DNA of 18,710 nucleotides from Paraspadella gotoi (lineage: Eukaryota; Animalia; Chaetognatha): the NCBI GenBank assembly GCA_051294375.1, contig JBJCIZ010000239.1:1084906-1103615 (forward strand). Reading direction: 5' to 3'. The translations under genes were made by a program, and so were the position numbers. This document shows positions 9,704 to 18,710 of the stretch, piece by piece (the stretch's first letter is position 1; each line of letters starts with the position of its first letter). The notes beneath the pieces are model-generated. The model saw only the letters and a program-made list of their open reading frames with translations, was not told the origin of the DNA and ran no database searches.

Positions 9704-9859
9704 GTAAAGAACCCAAGCGAAAACACAATNNNNNNNNNNNNNNNNNNNNNNNNNTAGCTTTCTCTATAAAAGCCTATTCTTATTTTTATTAAAAAGAATA
9801 TTATTTTATTTATTATGACACTGTTGTCATTTTAATTACATACGGCAAGAGAGAGTTAG

Positions 9860-12160
9860 AATATTTTCCTAGATTGGCCCAAAGATGAGCGCGCTTTGGA
9901 CTCATATGAGCATGGATAACTGCAACATCTACAAAAAATCCTACAAAAATATAAGATACAAATATCAAGATGTATGACGAATACACGTAACCTTCAAGAA
10001 CCGCTTCTTCACGGACGCGATACCGTTGGAAATCCAAGTTCAAAGTTTTTTATGACCGAATATCTATCCTACTTTTTGACGTTGCCTGTGAAGATAAATA
10101 ATAGCAGAAAGCGACAGGAACTCTTTAGGCGTTACAATGACTGAAGTTGAGGTAAATATTTTTAGAGGACCAAAAAAATGATAGAAAAATGTTTTTTGTG
10201 ATAATTTTTGTTGATCGCATTGAAGAAAAGCGCTGAACGAAAGAAAAAGATATGAAATCTCTCGAAAAAGAAGGAAGCGACGCGATCATGCGGAAAAAGA
10301 TGAAAATTGAATTAACGACGAGGGATGGTGCGATTTTCACAGCCTTCTTTTAACGATCTGACCTCCTTTTACACCTGATAATCCGACGAGCCAACTTCTC
10401 AAAGCGCAGAAGGTATCAAAAGAATCATATGGAACAGTGTACTTTCCGGAAAAATACCGCATTTAGAAAACCGATTCAACGAGTAAACCGGGTGTAAGAA
10501 TATACGAAACTATCATCACTTTAAATCAAAATATCATTGTTCAGAGTCCAAGCGATTGCAGGGGGTCATTTTAAACACTGCCGTAGAAATCTAGTTCAGT
10601 CTTGCCTTGGAAGTTTTTTGATGATGATCAAGTACAATTGACCTCGACACGGCGCCAGATTCTTCCACAATCGACGCGAAACACGAGTGAGAATTATTTG
10701 CTCTTGAGCAACTCGTGGAAAAAAATTTATCAATTCAGAATCGACAACGTCAATTAATACACGACGATGGGTCCAGAAGCAGGGAACGCTCTTTTTCAGT
10801 TCAAGCAGAACAGTAGATGGCACTTATATTTCCGCTTCCGACTTACCATTGTGAGTGAGACAATATAATTTAAAAAGAATTAAAAAAACTATTATAACTA
10901 TTATTATCAGCAGATAGTGGTGGTTTTCTTATTGAATTTATTCTCTTTTAACAAATATAGAATTTTTGTTGATGAGCAACCTCTACGGATCCATAAAATC
11001 TTCCAGGTTGAAAAATTATTAGCTGAGATAACTAAATTATAAACCATATATACCAAAATGTCATTATGTGCAACGTCCATCCTGTCTCATTTCAATGAAA
11101 AATAATTTCGACTTTAGGAAATTGAATACAATAATAGGCCAATGAAAAGATTTTTGCTTTCATTAATGTGACAACTCAAAAATTCTCATGATCCAAATTA
11201 TCACGCAGTTTTGGACTGTTCTTCTCGTTCTGGTATCGCATGATTTCGATCATAAATCTTGGAAATAAGGCAAACGAGTTGACATTCATATTTCACCGAA
11301 GAAATGTTCTGTCCGACTTGCCTTCTGACGGTTAACCCGCTTTACTTTTCTTGCGCATTGTTCTCACCATGACAAAGATATAATTTCTTTTTTGCGAAAA
11401 TTCGATCACGTTACTAATAATTTGGCAATGTATCGTCGTTGTTTCTGACGGACCGTAGAATTTTTGAACGGGTGTTTTGTATCGTTGGCGAGCTCTCTTG
11501 GACACAAGATTACCATCTTTCAATCAAAGACTATACATATGAGTAGACTTCACAAAACGACTTCCAAAACATAGCGTCATACGAGATCTTTAAATGTTTC
11601 GCCTGAAATTATTGCAACATGATGAGGCCAGCCACTAGATCTTTGTCTAGTTCCACTGTTAACGCTGTCAAGTATGAAAAAGAGAATTTTTTAAATTCTA
11701 TTTTTTTTGGCCAGCTGAACAATTAATCGAGTTCAAGTTTAGTAAAATATTCAAAAATAATTACAAGCGATTAGCAGAACGGCTGGCAGCAAGCACGAAG
11801 GCGATAATCTTTTCAATTGAGAGTTTAAACAGAGTGAAGCTTTCTGTAAAGAATATGGATGATAGGAAATATCACATTCAGCGCCCAATAAATAATAGAT
11901 TGCAGAGCGTTCTGTGGGCTCAATCAAAATTATGAATAAGATTCGTGGTGCCAAAAAATCTTCTGCTCGCTCAAGTGGCTCAGTTATTTTTTACATCTAC
12001 TGCGAAAGGGAAAAGAATCCACAGTACATTTCGTCAAATGGGAAAGACAAAAAATTTAGCCAGCTATTGAGTTCAAGAATGAGGAAACTAAGCAGAAAAA
12101 ACATTACAAGAAGAACGGTTTCTAGGTCAAAAAATGCCAGCAAATTAGTGTAGAACCAAC
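9860..12160 (+). pseudogene. Higher-complexity, coding-like but broken region; possible decayed transposon or gene
   Basis: Non-repetitive, with several stop-poor stretches, e.g. 11715-12069 is open for ~118 codons with one internal stop. Candidate intron 10851-10960 (GTGAGT...TAG) joins in frame. Only weak motif resemblance; no product assignable. Confidence 0.22.
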
Positions 12161-12959
12161 GCGAAATTCTGATCTCTGAAATTGAAACTAAGGGAGTCCC
12201 CTTTCCCCCCCCGTTTTTCATCACGGAAGTTAAAAGTTTACATAGCTTAGTTTGAAATCAGAAGAATGAAGAAAGTGTAATAAGGACTTTACTTGAGAGT
12301 TCGATTACGCTCGTCGATTCCTGTGTTCTTTTTCCTAAATAACTCACAAATTTTCCGTTTTGAAACAGATTACAAAACGTTAATTCTAAAGCTTATCAGA
12401 ATAACCTAATATATTTTATCTAGACAAAGTTACATAAGAAAAATGTTGAGCACGTAGTGACTTTACTATATGTGAGGTGATGACTGATATAAAGTTTAAT
12501 ATGATTTGTGCAAGTTATTACTTCTTATTTAAGGTACGTTGTCCGAGACGATTAATAAAATGAGTATCAAATATGAGATGGATAAGTTGTAAACGAGACG
12601 AGCAGAAGTATATTAGGAGTAGTATAAGCGAGTTAGAAGAAAAGTTGGAAGTGACAATAAATAATGTTTAAATATCGTAACCGAGTTTGAAGAAAGGTTA
12701 TATGTACCTTGTAATGACAGCTATATAAGTTTGCATAATGATCGAGGATGAACGGTAGTTAGTATGATGAGCTTGGACGCAACGAATGATGAGTTATTTG
12801 ATAAGATGCACCATGTTAATATTTAAACTGCTGAGTAGATTTTAGTCTGCCTGACGGTATGGTTTAAGATGCAGACGAGAGAATCGCCGAGACAAATACT
12901 TATAGTATAAGTGTATAAAGCTTACGGCATCCATAGATTCAGATATGAGAAGAACTTTG

Positions 12960-15900
12960 TTAAGATAAAACTTCACGAGCAAACCAGTTTTCTTGTGCCT
13001 CTAACGATAAAAAATAATCATAAGAGAGAGACACCGAGATCGGACGACTTTCTCTAAGTCTAAAAAGTAATAAACGTTAAATACACGAGACCGGATATTC
13101 GCAGAGAATACAACACTTTAAAAAACAAGAACGCTTTCTTTCCCAACATATATAAAAGAGAGATACTAAAATACTATTATTCTATATACGAGCTGTGCAA
13201 TCGCACTGATTATCATTGATACAAAGAAAAAGCAGAGACAGAGAGAGAGTTAATAATACTTTCTGCAGAATGTACATCATCGAGGTTGTATAAAATTGAG
13301 GGTGAGGACAGTTATTAAATTACTCTTTTATATCACTTTTTAAAGGATAAGTCTGAGTCTAAGTTTACAAGAGGTGGAAAAACAGTTTTAGAGAGGAGTA
13401 GAGAGAGAGCAGTGGAACAACAAAATATTTTGAGAAGACAAATTATTAAAGAAGACAAACACACAAATGTAGCATCTCTCTATTCATGTTCTTATGATGT
13501 CAACACGATTCTCTTTTTTCTCGATTATGTGTATCACTATGAATTTAATGTGAGGCTTATCTCACTACAGACAGGCCATCATAGGATGAGCGTTTTATAT
13601 GGATGCTACACAAAGAAAGACGACTATTTATACCGGTCGCAGAAAAAGATATTAATGCAACAAGTATAAAACAAAAACAGAAAGAAGCATGATGTTTCTC
13701 TCATAGTATAGATACATAAGAATAAAAACCTTTAATAATATATAAACCGGCCATCATCACACGATTTTCTTTTCCAATGTAAAAAAAATATAAAAAAATT
13801 ATACACGCCGTATAAATTACTTTTCTAATAGTATATATCAAGTGATAAACGTTATATCATCATGCGGCAGACGCATTATTTCTATATAGAGATAACAACT
13901 TTAAAAACACATATATGAAAACCTGCTCTTTCCACAATGTTAAATATGAGAAGTATAAACGATACTTTTCAAAGATAAGTAACATTATACGTAAATACTT
14001 CTGTTTATTATGGTCTTGTTGAATTGGGTGAGACAGTTATTAAATAATCTTTTTACTACAAAACTATATACAAATTTCCTTTCTTTATTTTTATGTCCTC
14101 CTCTCTCTCTCTTTTCTCTTTAATTTTATGGTAGCTTTCTCTCACTTCATAGATAAAAACGTTAAAAATACATCAGAAAAAACGAACTTTCTTCTCTCTT
14201 AAAAGATATGAACTTAAAAATAACAGAAAACGATTTTTCCAATGTTCTGAAATATTGAAAATAAATACACTTAAAAAAAACGGCAAACTTTTTTCCAATG
14301 TAAAAAGAGTTAAAAAACACCGATAAACGACTTTTCTTAAAGTAAAAAGTAATAAAAATGTAAATACACACCGCAGACGATATTTTCCAAGTGATAACAA
14401 CTTAAAACAAAGAAAAACGCTTTTTTCGCAATGTACCAACGAGATTATAAAAATTTCAAAACACGGAAACGATATTTCCAAAGAAAAAAAATAAAACGTT
14501 AATATACACTCTCTGCAACATAGACACTCCATCGAGGTTGTTAAAATTGGGTGAGGACAGTTATTAAATATCTTTTTATCAAAACAAACAAATTTCCTCT
14601 CTTTTATCATTTTTTCATTTTCTCCTGTCTCTCTCTCTTTTTCTCCTTTATTTTTATGTCAGCTTTCTCTCACTTCTCTCAAAAGATAAAAACGTTAAAT
14701 TACCACAGATAAACGACTTTTTCTCTGTAAAAAAGATATGACACCTACACTCTTTTAAACATAACACGCAAACGATCTTTGTCTCCATACGTAATGAATA
14801 AATACTTAATAATACGCATTATAACTGTGCTCAAACGTTTTTTCCAATATGTTAACATTAATATACTAAAAAAATCACTCTGTATAAACTCGATCTTCTA
14901 ATATTAACTAAAGTGATATAATTAAAGTCTTAATATTTACATGTGCATGATCGAATATTCCAAAGAGATTAACTACTTCAAATACAAATAGAAAAACGCT
15001 TTTTCCAATGTAAAGAGATAAAAATATCTCTTCTAACTCACAGTAAACCGAATATCTTTCTAAAGTAAAAGAAATACTAAAACGTTCAATAATCTGCCAA
15101 GATAACACTCCACGCGAGGTGTTAATTTGAGTTGAGGAGAGTATTGAAATATTCCTTTTTTATCAACACACTTCAAATTTCCATCTTCTCTTTATTTTTA
15201 TGTCTCCTTCTCTCTCTCCTTTGTTTCTGCATAGAACTTTTATCGTAGCTTTCATAGACCTCACTCTCATATGATACTACACGGACATCGTTAAAATACA
15301 CCAGAACAAACGACTTCTTTACTCGAGACTAAAACGATATGAAAAACTTAAAAATAACAAGAAAAAAGATTTTTTTTCAAAAATGTACAAAGAGAAATAA
15401 TAAACTTTAAAAAAAATGGCAAACGTTTTTTCCAATGTTGAAATAAAACGTAATTAAACAAATTATAACGTCGAATAAATCGTACTTTTACTAAAGTAAA
15501 GGTGAGAAAGAACGTAATAGCACGCAGATGATTATTGTCAAAAGAGATAACAAACTTTAAAACAAGAAAACAGCATTTTTCCAATGTAAAAAGAGATAAA
15601 AAATTTCTAAACACCGTAATATATTCATTATTTCAAAGAAAAAAAGAAAATATCCAATACGTTAAAATACCTCTGCAAATAACATCATCGAGGTTTGTGT
15701 AAAGGTTGGAGGTGAGGATCATGTGATTAAAGTAATCTTTTTTTATCAAACAAACAATATTTCTCTATTATGTTCTCTCTTCTCTCTCTCTTTTCTCTTT
15801 AATTTAATGTAGCTTTCCTCTACTCTCATAGATAAAACGTTTAATTACAACCAGAAAACGACTTTTTCTCTTAAAAGATATTAAACTTTAAAAAACAAGA

Positions 15901-17478
15901 AAACGATTTTTCCCAAGTATAAGAATAAAAACTTTAAAAAAAAAACGCAAACGTTTTTTCCAATGTAAAAAGAGTTAAAAAACACCGATAACGACTTTTC
16001 TAAAGTAAAAAGTGATAAAAACGTTAAATACAGCGGCAGACGATATTTAATGCCAGAGAATACAACTTAAACAAGAAAACACTTTTTCCAAATGTAAAAA
16101 GAGATAAAAAATTTCTAAAACACCGAGAAAACGATTTTTTTAACAGAAAAAGAAATAAAACGTCAAATACTCTGCAATAACATATCGAGGTGTTAATTGG
16201 GTGAGGACAGTTTATTTAAATATCTTTTTATCAAAACGCAAACAAAAATTTCCTCTCTTTAATTTTATGTCTCCTTCTCTCTCTCTTTCTCTTAATTTTA
16301 TGTTAGCTTTCTCTCACTCTCAAAGATAAAAACGTTAAATAACCAGAAAACGACTTTTTCTCTGTAAAAAATATGAAACTTAAAATAACAGAAAAGCGAG
16401 TTATTTTCGACTGTAAAGAATATAAATAAACTTTTCAAAAAAAAACGGCAACACGTTTTTTCCATGTAAAAAATATAAAAAAACACCGATAAAGAACTTT
16501 CTAAGTAAAAAGTAATAAAAACGTTAATACACCGGCAGACACGAATATTCTCCAAAGAGATAACACTTTAAAAACAAGAAAAAACGCTTTTTCTAATGTA
16601 AAAAGAGATAAACAAAATTTCTAAAACACCGGAAAAAAGATATTTCAAAGAAAAAAGAAATAAAAACGTTAAATACTTCTGCAAAACATCATCGAGTTGT
16701 TAATAATTGGGTAGGACAGTTATTAAATATCTTTTTTATCAAAACAAACAATTTCCTCTCTTTTTATTTTTATGTCTCCTTCTCTCTCTCTTTTCTCTTT
16801 AAATTTATGTAAGCTTTCTCTCACTCTCAAAAATAAAACGTTAAATACACCAGAAAACGACTTTTTTCTGCCTGTAAAAAGGAATATGAAACTTAAAATT
16901 AAGCAGAAAACGATTTTTTCCAATGTAAAAAAGAAATAAAAACTTTTAAAAAGGCAACGTTTTTCATGTAAAAGAGTTAAAAAACACGATAAACGACTTT
17001 TCTAAAGTAAAAAGTGATAAACGTTTAAATACAGCGGCAAGACGATATTTGCAAAGAGATAAACAACTTTAACAAAGAAAAACGCTTTTTCCATGTAAAA
17101 AGAGATAAAAAATTTGAGAAAACACCGAAAAAACGATATTTTTTAAAGAAAAAGAAATAAAACGTTAAATACTTCTGCAAATAACATCATCGAGGTTGTT
17201 AAAAATTGGGTGAGGTACAGTTATTAAATATCTTTTTTATCCAAAACAAACAAATTTTCCTTTCCTTTTATTTTTATGTCTCCTTCTCTCTCCTCTTTCT
17301 CTTTAATTTTGATAGTACGCTTTCTCTCACTCTCAATAGATAAAAACGTTATAAACACGCAGAAAACGCCTTTTTCCTTCTGTAAAAGATATGAAAACTA
17401 ATAAAAAATAACAGAAACAGCGGATTTTTTTTACAATTGTAAAGAAGAAAACTAAAAACTTTTTAAAGAATCAAAACG
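12960..17478 (+). repeat. ~500-bp satellite array (~9 copies) with internal ~36-53 bp sub-repeats
   Basis: The marker catcgaggttgttaaaattgggtgaggacagttattaaat recurs at ~13281, ~14015, 14533, 15115, 15689, 16186, 16693 and 17191. The clean right-hand spacings are 497, 507 and 498. Each unit has a CT-rich segment plus ~7-8 aacg(a/c)tttttccaatgtaaaaagagataaaaa-type monomers. Confidence 0.95.
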
Positions 17479-17513
17479 AGAAAGGAAAAAGGGGTAAGTT
17501 CAATCAAAAAGTA

Positions 17514-17614
17514 GGAAGAGAGAGAGAGAGGAGAGAGAGAAGAGAGAGGAGAGAGAAGAGAGAGAGAGAGAGAGAGAGGAAGAAGGAGGGAGAGGAGAGA
17601 GAGAGAGAGAGAGA
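17514..17614 (+). repeat. Imperfect (GA)n microsatellite
   Basis: Direct observation. Confidence 0.95.
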
Positions 17615-17850
17615 CGAAAAGGCGAAAAAGAACACTATAAATTATTCATTGTCACCTCGCCTTCTTGAACGAGTCAAGTTGTATGCTTGAGTTTTGTAGT
17701 GTAATTTCTTTCAGTTGCTCCGCTTCGCTCTGTCGCTAATGCTTATGTAACATATAAAGAATTAGTATTTAAACTAAAATTAAGCTAAATGAGTAAGTAG
17801 TTTCTTAGGTAAAGTTAACGACGATGCTTCCGAAAATATCACGCTGAAGA

Positions 17851-18047
17851 GGATGGTTTTACAGGGCGCCACACCCGCAGCGGTGACACCTCGTGGTGAG
17901 AGCGAGACAGCATGTTCACGTAGTCCAGAGCTTTGGGTCTGGCAGTAGGCCCATGCCTACAGGCGGGTTACCCGGTCCATCCCACTTTCTACATGACAAC
18001 CTCAGGGCTCGAACCAGGGACGCTGAACCACTGAGCCACTGAGGCGC
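17851..18047 (-). mobile_element. tRNA-derived SINE-like element (head internally shortened)
   Basis: The minus strand begins gcgcctcagtggctcagtggttcagcgtccctggttcgagccctgaggt. Pol III box A TGGCTCAGTGG (18038-18028) and box B GGTTCGAGCCC (18015-18005) fit the established consensus. A ~150-bp GC-rich body follows in AT-rich surroundings. The 3' boundary is approximate. Confidence 0.7.
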
Positions 18048-18170
18048 TGTGAAAGAAACAGCTTTAATCCATCTGTGGTGATAGGACCACCAGAACGCAA
18101 TTAGTTTAAGTTAAAAACCTCGAATTTATTGCGAAAGAAATTAGCTGTTCCATCCCTTATAAGCACTTAC

Positions 18171-18216
18171 TCCGTCTTCCTTGCCCTTACCTTTGCTTCG
18201 TCTGCTACATCTGCAC
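18171..18216 (-). other. Candidate small exon (46 nt, or 26 nt with the alternative donor)
   Basis: Minus strand reads tttttttttttcag|gtgcagatgtagcagacgaagcaaag(gtaagg)gcaaggaagacgga|gtaagt. It has a strong acceptor, two consensus donors and an open frame, ADVADEAKVRARKT. Confidence 0.33.
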
Positions 18217-18282
18217 CTGAAAAAAAAAAACATAGACGAACGAAAACAAGTTTGAGCAAACAATGTTCGGATCTGCCCTACG

Positions 18283-18392
18283 AATTAAATAATTAATTAA
18301 TTAATTAATTATAATTAATTAATTAATAGATATTAATTAATTAATTAGATTAATTAGATTAATTATTAATTTAATAGGATTAATTATAATTT
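18283..18392. repeat. (TTAA)n-like AT-rich low-complexity tract
   Basis: Direct observation. Confidence 0.92.
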
Positions 18393-18710
18393 ATATTCAG
18401 CTTGTCATCATCGATATCCTTAAAATTGAGTCAGGACATTGTTTTATTAAATGTTTTCGTTTACATTTTATCAAAACAAACAAATATCCTCTATTATGAC
18501 CGCAAGTCCTTTTGTTATTTCGGTTTAAAGCTTTTCGGTACGCTTTTTTGCAAAATCATGGCTTCTGAAAGTGGTGTATCAAAGGGAGTTGAGATTTTCT
18601 CATTATAGTGGCTTCTAGATCATCAGATCTTTTAAAATCTCTCATGTTTGCATATCAATATTCGGTCATTGTGTTTTTTATGTTTTATTTTTTTTTTTTT
18701 TATTTTTACA

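Noticed and set aside
11495-11535. Minus-strand SLIERW*SCVQ resembling the mariner transposase C-terminus
   Set aside because: An isolated few-residue match with a stop and no DD34D or other upstream motifs.
12960-17478. Regularly spaced ~40-bp marker that could be mistaken for a CRISPR array; F/L-rich ORFs
   Set aside because: The intervening ~460 bp are homologous between units rather than unique spacers, there are no cas genes, and the context is eukaryotic. The ORFs are satellite read-through.
17999-18047. Functional tRNA gene
   Set aside because: No anticodon arm, incomplete T-stem and no T-run terminator; better explained as a SINE head.
18402-18608. 68-aa plus-strand ORF after ttatattcag
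   Set aside because: Non-ATG start, no homology recognised, and composition typical of AT-rich non-coding DNA.

Overview
AT-rich eukaryotic DNA (probably an invertebrate animal; inference from composition and repeat types). It is dominated by repeats and appears to come from an error-prone, gap-filled assembly: there are five N-runs, three of exactly 25 N, and paralogous copies differ mostly by small indels. I recognise no protein-coding gene, and the ORF track is almost entirely microsatellite or satellite read-through. Layout: (1) 1-7247 holds three head-to-tail copies of a ~3.1-kb unit. Copies 2 and 3 start at the same base, and the copies end at different points. Each full copy has an ~80-90 bp inverted-repeat pair bounding ~1.8 kb, GA/CT/CGT microsatellites and a GAC/GAT-rich tract. 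(2) 7.3-9.7 kb has mini- and microsatellites, a 42-bp-stem hairpin inside a 13-bp direct repeat, and a candidate exon. (3) ~9.85-12.2 kb is higher-complexity, coding-like but broken sequence with only weak transposon-like motifs. (4) ~12.96-17.48 kb is a ~500-bp satellite built from ~36-53 bp sub-repeats that decays leftwards. (5) 17.85-18.05 kb is a tRNA-derived SINE-like element on the minus strand, followed by a candidate small exon and a (TTAA)n tract. I cannot support a novel biological system here. The best leads are the inverted-repeat-bounded element, the hairpin insertion and the higher-order satellite, and much of the large-scale duplication may be assembly artefact.
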